A stretch of DNA of 60,826 bases, filler included. It is 6 parts of 6 records of this genome, joined end to end, with 100 filler letters (N's around TTAATTAATTAA, not from the genome) between each part and the next. Parts side by side here need not be neighbours in the genome. Positions count along the whole stretch, not along the records: positions 1 to 15,177 come from SRR2962707_2530; positions 15,278 to 28,603 come from SRR2962707_2531; 4 more parts are not named here. One strand, written 5' to 3'. The translations under genes were made by a program, and so were the position numbers. Below are positions 9,369 through 20,050 of this stretch, piece by piece (position 1 is the stretch's first letter; each line of letters starts with the position of its first letter). The notes beneath the pieces were generated by a model. It made no database searches. It had not been told where the DNA came from and was given only the letters and a program-made list of their open reading frames with translations.

Positions 9369-10238
9369 ATGACCGATCAACTTCCCATGACTGTCCCCGC
9401 CGCGATCACCCCGGCACAGCGCACCAGCCTGATCAATCTGGTCCGCCGTGCTGCCCGGACAGAAATCCTGCCGCGCTTTCGTGACCTGTCGTCGCTACAA
9501 ATAGACCAGAAAACCGGTCCACAGGATGTTGTAACCGAGGCTGACCGCGCCTCGGAAAAGATGATCGCGCGTGGGCTGATCCGGATGTTCCCCACGGCCC
9601 TGATCATCGGAGAAGAGGATGTCGCCGAAAACCCCGGGATCCTGGACAAGATCGCCGATGCACCGCTGGCTTTTACCATCGATCCGGTTGATGGCACCTG
9701 GAATTTTGCCCACGGCCTGACGACCTTTGGCGTGATCCTGTCCGCCACCCGTTTTGGAACACCGGTCTTTGGTCTGCTTTATGACCCGATCACCGACGAC
9801 TTGATCATCGCAGATGACATTGGCCCTGCAGAGCAGATCAAACCCTGCCGAGCCACCCGCAAGCTCAGCGTATCAAATGGCGGCGCGGTTGGTGATCTGA
9901 CAGGCTATATGGGGCTCACCCATGTGCCGGTGGATCAGAAAGCCGCCGTTGCGGCAACATTCCCACAATTCCGACGCCTGACATCGTTGGGTTGTTCCTG
10001 CCACGAATTCCGGATGATGGCGCAGGGCCATGTAGATTTTGTCTTTTCCGCCGGTCTGACCCCCTGGGATCACGCGGCGGGCGCGCTGATCACCCGACGT
10101 GCGGGCGGCCATGTGGCGCTGCTGGATGGGTCAGACTATCGCGCTGACGCGCCACGTTCGGCCTACCTTCTCGCCGCGTCGAACGAAAAGACTTGGAACA
10201 AAATCCGCGACACATTTGCCTTCCTGCTGGAAGGCTGA
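9369..10238 (+). CDS. inositol monophosphatase family protein
   Basis: DVVTEAD, IIGEE, IDPVDGTWNFAHG, PWDHAAG; SD AAAGGA before ATG 9369. Confidence 0.92.
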   Translation: MTDQLPMTVPAAITPAQRTSLINLVRRAARTEILPRFRDLSSLQIDQKTGPQDVVTEADRASEKMIARGLIRMFPTALIIGEEDVAENPGILDKIADAPLAFTIDPVDGTWNFAHGLTTFGVILSATRFGTPVFGLLYDPITDDLIIADDIGPAEQIKPCRATRKLSVSNGGAVGDLTGYMGLTHVPVDQKAAVAATFPQFRRLTSLGCSCHEFRMMAQGHVDFVFSAGLTPWDHAAGALITRRAGGHVALLDGSDYRADAPRSAYLLAASNEKTWNKIRDTFAFLLEG

Positions 10239-10282
10239 CCCAATCGATTGCGGGCAGAAGGGCCCCTCTGCCCGCAACAAAA

Positions 10283-13129
10283 TCACTCGGCCGCTTCTGC
10301 GTAATCCGACATTGGCGGGCAGGTGCAGATCAGATGCCGATCGCCATAGACATTGTCGACGCGATTGACCGGTGGCCAGTATTTGTCGACCCGGAAGGCA
10401 CCCGGCGGGAAACAACCCTGTTCGCGGCCATAGGGCCGGTCCCAATCGCCGACCAGATCCTCGACCGTATGTGGAGCGTTCTTCAGCGGGTTGTTGGTGG
10501 CGTCGATTTCTCCGTCCTCGATGGCGCGGATTTCTTCGCGGATCGCCAGCATCGCATCGCAGAACCGGTCCAGCTCGGCCTTGGTTTCGGACTCCGTCGG
10601 TTCAACCATCAGCGTCCCCGCCACTGGCCAGCTCATCGTCGGCGCATGGAATCCGGCGTCGATCAGCCGCTTGGCAATGTCCTCGACCGTGACACCGGCG
10701 CTGTCGTCAAAGGGCCGCACGTCCAGGATACACTCATGCGCCACCCGGCCCGCCTTGCCCTTGTACAGGATTTTGTAGGCCCCGCTCAGCCGTGTCGCGA
10801 TGTAGTTGGCATTCAGGATCGCCACCCGCGTCGCCTGAGTCAGCCCCTCACCACCCATCATCAGGACATAAGCCCAGCTGATCGGCAACAACGAGGGCGA
10901 TCCAAAGGGGGCTGCCGACACCGATCCGACGCCGTGTTGCAATGGATGTGACGGTAGATGCGGCACCAGATGCGCCTTGACGCCAATTGGCCCCATGCCA
11001 GGTCCACCCCCGCCATGCGGGATGCAGAATGTCTTGTGCAGGTTCAGGTGGCTCACATCGCCGCCCAGATCACCGGGACGCGACAGGCCGACCATGGCGT
11101 TCATGTTGGCCCCGTCGATATAGACCTGCCCGCCGTGTTTATGGGTGATCCGGCAGACATCCTGCACGGTTTCTTCGAACACACCGTGGGTCGACGGATA
11201 GGTGATCATGCAGGCCGCAAGATCGGCGGAATATTTCTCAGCCTTGGCTGTGAAATCCTCCAGATCAATGGATCCGTTCACGTCACAATTCACCGGCACA
11301 ACCTTCCAACCAACCATCTGCGCGGACGCGGGATTGGTGCCATGGGCGTTGACGGGAATAAGACAGACATTCCGGTGCCCCTGCCCCTGCGCGCGGTGCC
11401 AGTCGGCAATGGTCAACAGACCGGCATATTCCCCCTGCGCGCCCGAATTGGGCTGCATCGATAACCCATCATAGCCGGTGATTTCGCACAGCTTGGCGCT
11501 CAGATCGCCGATCAGCTCGGCGTATCCCTCTGCCTGATCGGCGGGCACAAAGGGATGCATGTCCGAAAAGGCACGCCAGGTGACCGGCATCATCTCGGCG
11601 GCTGAATTCAGTTTCATCGTGCAGGACCCCAGCGGGATCATCGCCCGGTCAAGCGCCAGATCACGGTCCGCCAGACGCCGCATGTACCGCATCATTTCGG
11701 TCTCGGCCCGGTTCATGTGGAACACGTCGTGCTGCAAATAGGCGCTGGTGCGCAACATTGGCTCGGGCAGGCGATACTGTGCGCTGCGGTCGTCATCCTT
11801 GCTGGAAATACCAAACGCCCGCCAGACCGCTTCGATTGTCGCAGGCCGTGTGGTTTCGTCGATGGTGATGCCGATTTTGGTCGTACCGACCGCGCGCAGG
11901 TTTACACCCTGCTGCACCGCCGCCTGCATCACACCCGTCTGGAACAGGCCGACATCTACCGTGATCGTGTCAAAGAACACTTCTGGCTCCACGACAAAGC
12001 CCGCCGTTTCCAACCCGCGCGCCAGCCGCGCCGTCTTGCGGTGAACACGCTGCGCAATGGCACGCAATCCCTTGGGCCCGTGAAAGACCGCGTAGAACCC
12101 GGCCATCACGGCCAGCAGTGCCTGCGCCGTGCAAACATTCGACGTCGCCTTTTCGCGACGGATATGCTGTTCACGCGTCTGTAGCGCCAGCCGATAGGCG
12201 CGGTTGCCATGGCTGTCGATGGACATGCCAACGATGCGACCCGGCATCGACCGTTTGTAGGCGCCTTTTGTGGCCATATAGGCCGCATGCGGCCCGCCAT
12301 ATCCCAGGGGGATACCGAACCGCTGAGTTGATCCCACAGCGATATCCGCACCCATCGCGCCCGGTTCTTTCAGTAAACACAGCGCCATGGGATCGGCGCT
12401 CACTATTCCGATCGCTTTGACCGCGTGCAGTGCCGCCATTTCGGGGGTGAAGTCGCGCACATGACCGTAGGTGCCGGGATACTGGAAAATCGCACCGAAC
12501 ACCGCCTCGGGGTCCAGATCATCCGCCGCGCCGACGATCACTTCGATCCCCAGCGGGGCGGCACGGGTTTTCATCACGGCAATATTCTGCGGATGGCAAT
12601 TTTCATCGACAAAGAATGCCTTGGCTTTGGACTTCGCCACGCGCTGCGCCATGGTCATCGCCTCGGCGCAGGCCGTTGCTTCGTCCAGCAGCGACGCATT
12701 AGCGATCTCAAGCCCCGTGAGGTCCGACACCATCGTCTGATAATTCAGCAACGCCTCTAGCCGACCCTGTGATATCTCGGGCTGATAAGGGGTATAGGCC
12801 GTATACCAAGCCGGGTTTTCAAAGATATTGCGCTGGATCGCCGGCGGCGTCACCGTGCCGTGATAACCCATTCCGATCAACGATGTCAGAACCTTGTTCT
12901 TTTCGGACACTTCGCGCATGTGAAACAGCAACTCACGCTCTGACAGCGCCTTGCCGAAATCCAGCGGGGTTGCTTGGCGGATGGCCTTCGGCACTGTCTG
13001 ATCGATCAGCGCTTCCAGATCACTCACCCCCAGCGTCTCGAACATCTGCGCCATCTCGTCCGGGGACGGCCCGATATGTCGGCGGTTGGCAAAATCATAG
13101 GGCTTATAGTCGATCGGCTCAAAAGGCAT
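10283..13129 (-). CDS. gcvP: glycine dehydrogenase (glycine cleavage P protein)
   Basis: [51 protein letters not shown] (PLP lysine). Confidence 0.98.
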   Translation of the reverse strand: MPFEPIDYKPYDFANRRHIGPSPDEMAQMFETLGVSDLEALIDQTVPKAIRQATPLDFGKALSERELLFHMREVSEKNKVLTSLIGMGYHGTVTPPAIQRNIFENPAWYTAYTPYQPEISQGRLEALLNYQTMVSDLTGLEIANASLLDEATACAEAMTMAQRVAKSKAKAFFVDENCHPQNIAVMKTRAAPLGIEVIVGAADDLDPEAVFGAIFQYPGTYGHVRDFTPEMAALHAVKAIGIVSADPMALCLLKEPGAMGADIAVGSTQRFGIPLGYGGPHAAYMATKGAYKRSMPGRIVGMSIDSHGNRAYRLALQTREQHIRREKATSNVCTAQALLAVMAGFYAVFHGPKGLRAIAQRVHRKTARLARGLETAGFVVEPEVFFDTITVDVGLFQTGVMQAAVQQGVNLRAVGTTKIGITIDETTRPATIEAVWRAFGISSKDDDRSAQYRLPEPMLRTSAYLQHDVFHMNRAETEMMRYMRRLADRDLALDRAMIPLGSCTMKLNSAAEMMPVTWRAFSDMHPFVPADQAEGYAELIGDLSAKLCEITGYDGLSMQPNSGAQGEYAGLLTIADWHRAQGQGHRNVCLIPVNAHGTNPASAQMVGWKVVPVNCDVNGSIDLEDFTAKAEKYSADLAACMITYPSTHGVFEETVQDVCRITHKHGGQVYIDGANMNAMVGLSRPGDLGGDVSHLNLHKTFCIPHGGGGPGMGPIGVKAHLVPHLPSHPLQHGVGSVSAAPFGSPSLLPISWAYVLMMGGEGLTQATRVAILNANYIATRLSGAYKILYKGKAGRVAHECILDVRPFDDSAGVTVEDIAKRLIDAGFHAPTMSWPVAGTLMVEPTESETKAELDRFCDAMLAIREEIRAIEDGEIDATNNPLKNAPHTVEDLVGDWDRPYGREQGCFPPGAFRVDKYWPPVNRVDNVYGDRHLICTCPPMSDYAEAAE

Positions 13130-13217
13130 GTCTTTCTCCCGTCCGGCCAGAAATGGGCCGTTTCCAGAAATCGGGTTCTGATCGCATCAAAGCGGGACCG
13201 CGGTGCGCGCACCTGGC

Positions 13218-13264
13218 TTCTCTGGGTCAGAAATATCCCGGGGGGCTCCGGGGGGCTGCCCCCC
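13218..13264 (+). repeat. Rhodobacteraceae REP-like intergenic element, copy 1
   Basis: TTCTCTGGGTCAGAAATATCCCGGGGGGCTCCGGGGGGCTGCCCCCC; related copies at 28707-28729 (inverted) and 28865-28925. Confidence 0.7.
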
Positions 13265-13308
13265 GGTTGTCGGCCCGGTGCGACAGGCACCGGGCCGAAA
13301 CGATCAAC

Positions 13309-13671
13309 TCAGCCGATAAATTTCTTGTATGCGGCTTCGTCCATGTAGTCGTCCATCTGGTCCAGATCCTCGACCTTGACCTTAAAGAACCACGCGTCCC
13401 CTTCGGGATCGTCGTTCACCTTTCCCGGCTCTTCCACCAGCACGTCGTTGACTTCGACGATCTCTCCATCCAGCGGCGCAAGGATGTCGGACGCGGCTTT
13501 GACGCTCTCGATCACAACAACCTCGTCATCCTTGCTGATGACCGTGCCGACATCTGGCAGTTCGACGAACACCACGTCGCCCAACTGCTCGGCCGCATGC
13601 TCGGTGATCCCAACCACGACCGTGCCATCATCCTCGACGCGCAGCCATTCATGTTCTTCGGTGAACTTCAT
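13309..13671 (-). CDS. gcvH: glycine cleavage H protein
   Basis: [28 protein letters not shown] (lipoyl Lys). Confidence 0.97.
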   Translation of the reverse strand: MKFTEEHEWLRVEDDGTVVVGITEHAAEQLGDVVFVELPDVGTVISKDDEVVVIESVKAASDILAPLDGEIVEVNDVLVEEPGKVNDDPEGDAWFFKVKVEDLDQMDDYMDEAAYKKFIG

Positions 13672-13690
13672 CTATGTCTCCCGTGATCGT

Positions 13691-14965
13691 TCAGCGTTTG
13701 AAATTTGCAGGGGCAAAGGGCATCTTCACCACCTCGACGGCCAGCCGCTTGCCGCGGACCGCACCGTATAAAACCGTGCCAGGCACCGCCATTGCGCCAG
13801 GCACGTATCCCATGGCCACCGGGGCACCGACAGTCGGGCCAAAGCCGCCAGACGTCACCACGCCAACAGGCGCTTCCGCATCCGCAGTGGCAAACAGTTC
13901 CACCCCCTCGCGCATCGGGGCGCGCCCTTCCGGCAGCAGGCCAACACGTCGGCGCGATGATCCTTCGGCCAGTTCGCGCAGGATGCGGTCCGCGCCGGGA
14001 AAACCACCCGCCCGGGCACCATCGGTGCGGCGCGCCTTCTGGATCGCCCAGCTCAGCGCGCCCTCGACCGGCGATGTCGTGGCATCAATGTCATGACCAT
14101 AAAGACACAGGCCCGCCTCGAGCCGCAGAGAATCCCGTGCGCCCAGGCCAATGGGCGCCACATCGTCATGCGCCAGCAGGGCACGGGCCAGGTCCACTGC
14201 TGCCGCCTCTGGCACCGAAATCTCGAACCCATCCTCACCGGTATAGCCCGACCGCGACACCCAGCATTCCGCCCCGACCAGTTCGACCGTCGCCACATCC
14301 ATGAACTTCATCTCACGCACCGCCGGGTTCAACCCCGCCAGCACGTCCTCGGCCGCGGGGCCCTGCAACGCCAGCAGAGCGCGCGATTCAAGCAGCCGCA
14401 CAATCACATCCGGCTCAAGCGCGGCGCGCATCCGTGCCACATCGGCATCTTTGCACGCGGCATTGACCACCACGAACAAGTGATCGCCACGGTTGGCGAC
14501 CATCAGATCATCTTCGATCCCGCCGTCGTCGTTGGTGAACATGGCATATCGCTGCCGACCGTCCTTCAGGCCGATCACATCAACCGGTACCAGCCGCTCA
14601 AACACCTGTGCCGCATCCGTCAGGCGCGATTGCAGGATGACCTGCCCCATGTGGCTCACGTCGAACAGTCCGGCCTTGGCGCGGGTATGCTGATGTTCCT
14701 TGAGAACCCCCATAGGGTACTGCACCGGCATGTCATATCCGGCGAATTCCACGATCTTGCCACCAAGCTCCAGATGCAGATCGTACAGTGGGGTGCGCTT
14801 TGGTCCCGGATCTTGGGACGGGCCAGAGGGATGGTGATCATGCTCGCCAGGCCCGTGGTCAGCACCACAGCCGCAGACGTCTTTCACCTGATACTGTTCG
14901 AAATCGGCCTTGCCGGTTTCATCGATCTTGTCAGTATTGTTGGCCTTGCCAGTGTCGTCGGTCAT
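13691..14965 (-). CDS. gcvT: aminomethyltransferase (glycine cleavage T protein) with N-terminal extension
   Basis: KRTPLYDLH, GLFDVSHMG, SRSGYTGEDGFEI, GLGARDSLRLEAGL; ATG at 14965 has GGGGA 5 nt upstream. The ORF-track start (15136) lies inside the riboswitch. Confidence 0.95.
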   Translation of the reverse strand: MTDDTGKANNTDKIDETGKADFEQYQVKDVCGCGADHGPGEHDHHPSGPSQDPGPKRTPLYDLHLELGGKIVEFAGYDMPVQYPMGVLKEHQHTRAKAGLFDVSHMGQVILQSRLTDAAQVFERLVPVDVIGLKDGRQRYAMFTNDDGGIEDDLMVANRGDHLFVVVNAACKDADVARMRAALEPDVIVRLLESRALLALQGPAAEDVLAGLNPAVREMKFMDVATVELVGAECWVSRSGYTGEDGFEISVPEAAAVDLARALLAHDDVAPIGLGARDSLRLEAGLCLYGHDIDATTSPVEGALSWAIQKARRTDGARAGGFPGADRILRELAEGSSRRRVGLLPEGRAPMREGVELFATADAEAPVGVVTSGGFGPTVGAPVAMGYVPGAMAVPGTVLYGAVRGKRLAVEVVKMPFAPANFKR

Positions 14966-15051
14966 AAAAATCCCCGTCTTGTCTGGCCCGGGGTCGGCAT
15001 CGACCGCACCTAGGGCATTCACCATACGGGGGTCCTGCCCCGCAATCCGAA

Positions 15052-15177
15052 CGCCCCCTCTGTCCTGTCGCCTGAGATCGTTATCCCGTCGGCGGACGCG
15101 AACTGGCGCGCCTCTCTCCAGAGTCTTCGATGTCACGGCGGTCCTTCGGCCTGAGAGTTTCCGGGGCGGTTGCTCCT
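15052..15177 (-). ncRNA. tandem glycine riboswitch (aptamer 1 cut by contig end)
   Basis: Minus strand AGGAGCAACCGCCCCGGAAACTCTCAGGCCGAAGGACCG...CTCTGGAGAGAG...CCGCCGACGGGATAACGATCTCAGGCGACAGGACAGAGGGGG directly upstream of gcvT. Confidence 0.95.
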
Positions 15178-15277
15178 NNNNNNNNNNNNNNNNNNNNNNN
15201 NNNNNNNNNNNNNNNNNNNNNTTAATTAATTAANNNNNNNNNNNNNNNNNNNNNNNNNNNNNNNNNNNNNNNNNNNN
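15178..15277. other. artificial contig linker
   Basis: N44-TTAATTAATTAA-N44, with stops in all six frames. Confidence 0.99.
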
Positions 15278-15453
15278 CGCGCAAAAGCGGCTATAGATCG
15301 GCGGCGCGGCCGCGGGTCGATAGGCGGCGGCAAATGTAAGCGGCTGTAGCGCAATGCCGAGATCGAGCCGCATCCTTGCGCGCCCGTAGAATCCCACCTC
15401 CATGGTCCATAGGTGAATTTCGCGAAGCGCACCGCCATTGGACGAGCCGACTA

Positions 15454-16119
15454 TCACAGCACCTGCATCTCCACGGATTGCTTCCGCCAGTTCGTTACAT
15501 GACGCCGGATGATCGCCTGAAGGTTTTCGGCGTTTCGCGCTTCGAGGGCTTCGACCATTTCGAGATGATCGCGGCTGCTTTGCCGCACACCGGATGGGCT
15601 GGTCCAACTCGACCAGTCGCCGGGTAGATCCCGCTCGCGCAGCTCGTTTATGAGATTGGCAAGCGTCTCGTTGGCAATAGGCTCGAGCAATGCGCGGTGG
15701 AACTCATGATTGATCTGACGCAGGCGCTGAAACGAGGCATCTTCGATAGCAGCGTCGAACGCATGGGCGGCGTCCCGGACCACAGCGATATGTCTTGCCG
15801 TGGCGACCGCCACGATTTCAGTTGCGGCCGGCAACTCGAGCATCAAGCGGACGTCCGTGATCTCGGACCGTATTGTCGTACTGGGCGCAGCAACCCTGAA
15901 ACCCCGGTTTGGCACGTGCTCAACCACCTGCGCCAGTGCGAGCTCGGAGAGCGCCTGACGCACTGCGAAACGACTGCATCCCAATCGGTCCTGAAGGTCG
16001 ACCTGACGGAGCCACTCGCCGGGACGAAACACGCCGAGAATAATATCGCTCCGGAGGCGACCGACTGCCTTGAGCGGCTGGTCTGCGCGCTCCTTCTTGT
16101 CGCTTGCGCTATCACTCAT
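15454..16119 (-). CDS. GntR family regulator (FCD domain)
   Basis: LRSDIILGVFRPGEWLRQVDLQDRLGCSRFAVRQAL wHTH; RLMLE and NHEFH FCD motifs. Confidence 0.9.
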   Translation of the reverse strand: MSDSASDKKERADQPLKAVGRLRSDIILGVFRPGEWLRQVDLQDRLGCSRFAVRQALSELALAQVVEHVPNRGFRVAAPSTTIRSEITDVRLMLELPAATEIVAVATARHIAVVRDAAHAFDAAIEDASFQRLRQINHEFHRALLEPIANETLANLINELRERDLPGDWSSWTSPSGVRQSSRDHLEMVEALEARNAENLQAIIRRHVTNWRKQSVEMQVL

Positions 16120-17182
16120 TGCTGAAAACCGCCGCGTCCTCAGGCTTGATCCAGATACTGCCCGGACCGTGCGCTACGGGGGTTTCGAGCGTCAACCGCA
16201 ATGTACTCCCCGCGACCGTCACCTGCTGCTCGAAGTGATCACCAAGATAGCTTTCTGTGCCGAATTCGACCTTGATTTCCGAAGCACCGGCGAGCGGCGC
16301 GCTGCTGATCTTGTGTGGACGAATCGAAAGGAGTTGTTGTCCTGACGAAAGCCTGTCGCCCGGCGCATGCCCGCGAAGTATCTGCCCGTCCGCGAGCTTG
16401 ACGATGCAGCCGTCCCCTTGCACGCCCTGTTCTCCTTCAACTTCGACAAGGTTCGCATTGCCGATGAAACTAGCCGAGAAGGGATGCAACGGTGCGCCGT
16501 AAACCTGTTCGGGCGTACCCAACTGAACGATCTTACCGCCTCGCATCACGACGATCCGGTCCGACATTGCAAGTGCCTCGTCCTGATCGTGGGTCACATA
16601 GATGGTGGTGATGCCCAGCTCGCGCTGAATGTCCTTGAGCCAGACCCGCGCCTGCTGACGAAGCTGTGCGTCGAGATTGGACAAAGGTTCGTCCAGAAGC
16701 AAAATCGGGGGGCGGAAGACAATGGCACGCGCCAAAGCTACGCGCTGCTGCTGGCCGCCCGAAAGCTCACCCGGATAGCGGGACGCAAACGCGCTGAGCC
16801 CGACAAGTTCGAGGGCTTCGGCTATACGCTTTTTGCGCTGGTCCGCCGGCATCCGGCGCAATTTCAGGGGCATAGCGACGTTGTTATGTACGGTAAGGTG
16901 AGGCCAGAGTGCATAGGACTGGAAAACCACGCCGAAACCTCGCGCCTCGGGCGGCAGGAAGATGGCCTCGTCAGCGTTGAAGAGTTCCCTGTCGCCCAAC
17001 GCGATCCGGCCGGTCGTCGGCCTGTCGAGACCGGCGATTGCAGCGAGCGTCGTGGACTTGCCGCAACCGGACGGGCCCAAGAGGGTGAGGAACTCACCCT
17101 CGGCGACACCGAGGTTGATGTTATCGATGGCGGCAACGTCACCATAGCGGCGCGTGACCTGGGAAAGCGAGAGTTCAGTCAT
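16112..17182 (-). CDS. ABC transporter ATP-binding subunit (PotA/FbpC-like)
   Basis: [35 protein letters not shown]-terminal TOBE-like region. Confidence 0.93.
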   Translation of the reverse strand: MTELSLSQVTRRYGDVAAIDNINLGVAEGEFLTLLGPSGCGKSTTLAAIAGLDRPTTGRIALGDRELFNADEAIFLPPEARGFGVVFQSYALWPHLTVHNNVAMPLKLRRMPADQRKKRIAEALELVGLSAFASRYPGELSGGQQQRVALARAIVFRPPILLLDEPLSNLDAQLRQQARVWLKDIQRELGITTIYVTHDQDEALAMSDRIVVMRGGKIVQLGTPEQVYGAPLHPFSASFIGNANLVEVEGEQGVQGDGCIVKLADGQILRGHAPGDRLSSGQQLLSIRPHKISSAPLAGASEIKVEFGTESYLGDHFEQQVTVAGSTLRLTLETPVAHGPGSIWIKPEDAAVFSNE

Positions 17183-18908
17183 AGATCTTGACCCCCAAAA
17201 GGATACGGCTGAAGACGAGGAGAACCGCGATCATCACCATCTGGATCGTGGCAAATGCGGCCAACTCCCCTACGTCGCCATTCGTCCACAGAGAGAGCAT
17301 CGAAACGCCCATAACCTCAAGCCCTGGTGCCATCAGGAAAATGGCAATGACGTAGGATTTGAGATGGAACACAAAGAGCAGAACGAAGGCGCCCAACAAT
17401 GCAGGTTTGAGAAGAGGCAACATGATCAACCGCATGGCATTCACCCAGTCGGCACCGACAGTCCGGGCAGCGTTGTCGAGATCACGGCTGATTTGAACGA
17501 TGGCCGGCTGGATCACCCCAAGAGCGAGCGGCAGAGTGGCCATGACATATGCCACAACGAGAATGCCGATATTGCCTCGCAGCCATCCCATGGGCGGAAA
17601 GACCACGGCCGCGTAGAACACGCCGAGCCCGGTGATCATGCCTGGCACGATGCGGGGCGAATAGGCCAATGCCTCGAGAATACCACTCCAGCGGAAACCT
17701 GATCTCTGAACGACCAGCGCGACGCAAACCGCCAGAAGCGTACCGAGCCCGGCTGAGATGAACGAAATCTCGAGCGTATTGACGATTGCGCGGATGTTGG
17801 CAGAATTGGTGAGGAGCTTTTCAAAATTACCCACCGTGAGCACCCGCTCAATCGGCACAAGCGGCGAGAGAAAGCTCGTAAATGCACGCAAGACAATGCC
17901 GAATATTGGAATAAGGACAAAGGCAAACAGCAACGCCGCGCATAGAGCCGCCAGCGGCCAACGGAACTTCCCCAGGCTGAGGGTCATCGGGCGGCTACCC
18001 TTGCCCTTGACGGTCTCGAAACGATGGCTCTGGCTGAGTAGAATGCGCTGGACCGCCAGCGCCGAACCCACGAGCACCATTAGCAGGATCGAGGATCCGG
18101 CGACAATCCCGTGGTTGGGGTTGCTCGCGGCTATACCCTCCTCGTAAAGGAAGGTGGACAGCGTTTCGATACGCGCCGGAGTGGCGAGAAACAATGGAAT
18201 GGACAGCGTCTCCACGGCAATCACCAGATTGAGCGCGGTCGAGGTGATGATCGATGGGACCATGAGTGGCAGCGTCACCTTCATGAGCACCTGCATGGGG
18301 CCAGCACCGACCGTGCGCGCGGCTGCCTCAAGCGTAGGATCGACCGAGCGCACCGCACCGTAGAGGCAATAGAGATAAGCCAATGGCGCCTGCGAAATTC
18401 CGGCAACCAACGACATGCCGGCAAGCGAATAGAGATTGAGCGGTTCGCTGCCGGTGCTCTGGGCGATGAACTGGGTGATAAAACCCGAGGGTCCATACAT
18501 AACGACCCACCCCAGCGCGAATATCAAGTGCGACAGGTAGAGTGGCCACATAAGAATATCGCCCATAACCTTACGGCCCGGCAGATCGGTGCGCCCGATC
18601 AGAAGCGCCGCACCGATCCCCACCACCTCGGCAATAGCCACGCTGAAGAGTGCGAACAGGCCGGTGGTGATCGCAATGCTGCCGATCTTGCTGGAGCTGA
18701 GAATTTCACCGAGATTGTCGAGTGTGAGCGCCCAGCCGTTTTCGTAGAGCGGGCGATCTACAAAGACCTGCAGAAGGATCGGCAACGCCGGTGCCAGCAT
18801 CAGGGCCGCCGTTAGCGCAAAGATCAACCATTGGACCATCCGCGAACGGTCCAGGCGGAGCGGGCGCAACAGGCTCCCGATCGGCATTGGGGTGGAGACT
18901 TGAGCCAT
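17175..18908 (-). CDS. ABC transporter fused double permease (FbpB-like)
   Basis: About 12 TM helices with two EAA loops (LEAAARTVGA, LDNAARTVGA). Confidence 0.92.
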   Translation of the reverse strand: MAQVSTPMPIGSLLRPLRLDRSRMVQWLIFALTAALMLAPALPILLQVFVDRPLYENGWALTLDNLGEILSSSKIGSIAITTGLFALFSVAIAEVVGIGAALLIGRTDLPGRKVMGDILMWPLYLSHLIFALGWVVMYGPSGFITQFIAQSTGSEPLNLYSLAGMSLVAGISQAPLAYLYCLYGAVRSVDPTLEAAARTVGAGPMQVLMKVTLPLMVPSIITSTALNLVIAVETLSIPLFLATPARIETLSTFLYEEGIAASNPNHGIVAGSSILLMVLVGSALAVQRILLSQSHRFETVKGKGSRPMTLSLGKFRWPLAALCAALLFAFVLIPIFGIVLRAFTSFLSPLVPIERVLTVGNFEKLLTNSANIRAIVNTLEISFISAGLGTLLAVCVALVVQRSGFRWSGILEALAYSPRIVPGMITGLGVFYAAVVFPPMGWLRGNIGILVVAYVMATLPLALGVIQPAIVQISRDLDNAARTVGADWVNAMRLIMLPLLKPALLGAFVLLFVFHLKSYVIAIFLMAPGLEVMGVSMLSLWTNGDVGELAAFATIQMVMIAVLLVFSRILLGVKIYD

Positions 18909-18955
18909 GGGAATGTCCTTTCGAGGGGAGCCGGGTCGCCCGGCTCCCCAAAGCG

Positions 18956-20050
18956 CTACATGTTGAACGCTTCGCCCCAGCGAGCAGTGAATGCATCGAA
19001 GGTTTCCACCATCTCCGGATCGTAGTCGATGAGGATCATCTTGTCCTCGCCGCCGATCGCCTCGATGACTTCGTCAAGCGAGTAGGACAGTTCGTCACTG
19101 GTGATAACGCCCGGCCGATAGGGCGTGAGATTGCCCGCCGCCACCGCGTACTGGCCATCTTCGGACAGCACGAAGTCGAGGAAGACCTTGGCGGCGGCCG
19201 GATGCGGTGCGCCGGCGGTAATGCCCATACCGCGCAGGAAAACGGGTGTTCCATCGGACGGGAAGGTCCAGCCGAGCACCTCTCCAAGCCCCTCCTGCTT
19301 AAGTCGGTTGAAGACGACCGGGCCGGAAACGACGAACGATGAGCTCAACTCCCCGCTCAGCGTGCGTTCGATCATCCCCCCGGCGCCACCACCGGGCCGC
19401 GTCAGCGGACCTGCGTTTTCGAACCAGTCCCAGGCCGGGTCTCCGTGGTAGCGGGCGAAAGCATAGCCGATAGCCCCGCCGAACGCATAGCGCCCGTCAT
19501 AAGTCCCCACCTTGCCTTCAAAGACATCGCGGCTCTCGGCAATGGCCGCAAAATAGTCCTCCATGGACGATAGCTGAAGACCTTCAGGGACCGTGATCTT
19601 GTTATAGATCGTCACCATAGGATCGGTTGAAATCGTATAAAGGCCCGGTTCGGGATAGCTCCATTCAGGAACGTTTGCCGTCTCAGGCGAGACATAGGCG
19701 TCCAGCATCCCTTTGTTTACTGCCGATATCCAGTCGGTTATCGAGTTCGCGATGACGAGGTCGGCGCTTGCGACGCCGGTGCCGGTCTCGGCCTGATAGC
19801 GCGTGAACGCCTCGGCCGGTCCCATCTCGATCGATTCCACCGCGATGTCGGGATAGGCTGCGTTGAAGGCCTCGATGATGGGATTGAGGTTGTCGCCGCT
19901 GAGATTGGTGTAAATGAGAAGCGATCCCTCGGCGTTGGCCTCGGTCACGAGGTCGGGGTAGTCCGCCGGATAGTTCTCCGGTAGCGTTTGAGCCTGTGCC
20001 AGGCTCGTAGCAAACAGTGCTGCTGCACCAATCGTCCAAATCAGTTTCAT
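18956..20050 (-). CDS. ABC transporter substrate-binding protein (AfuA/FbpA-like fold)
   Basis: Signal peptide (AQA), ANAEGSLLIYT, APHPAAAKVFLDFVLSEDGQ. Confidence 0.9.
   Translation of the reverse strand: MKLIWTIGAAALFATSLAQAQTLPENYPADYPDLVTEANAEGSLLIYTNLSGDNLNPIIEAFNAAYPDIAVESIEMGPAEAFTRYQAETGTGVASADLVIANSITDWISAVNKGMLDAYVSPETANVPEWSYPEPGLYTISTDPMVTIYNKITVPEGLQLSSMEDYFAAIAESRDVFEGKVGTYDGRYAFGGAIGYAFARYHGDPAWDWFENAGPLTRPGGGAGGMIERTLSGELSSSFVVSGPVVFNRLKQEGLGEVLGWTFPSDGTPVFLRGMGITAGAPHPAAAKVFLDFVLSEDGQYAVAAGNLTPYRPGVITSDELSYSLDEVIEAIGGEDKMILIDYDPEMVETFDAFTARWGEAFNM

Noticed and set aside
6133-14304. Many long overlapping antisense or alternative-frame ORFs (e.g. 6507..7715, 10193..10951, 12769..13686)
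   Set aside because: Typical high-GC shadow ORFs opposite well-supported genes, with no recognisable motifs.
14966-15136. ORF-track extension of GcvT to 481 aa
   Set aside because: It runs through the glycine riboswitch aptamer, which is non-coding leader.
15278-15410. Partial minus-strand ORF MEVGFYGRARMRLDLGIALQPL... at the contig edge
   Set aside because: Too short and unrecognised to call; no match to the tRNA att core is visible.
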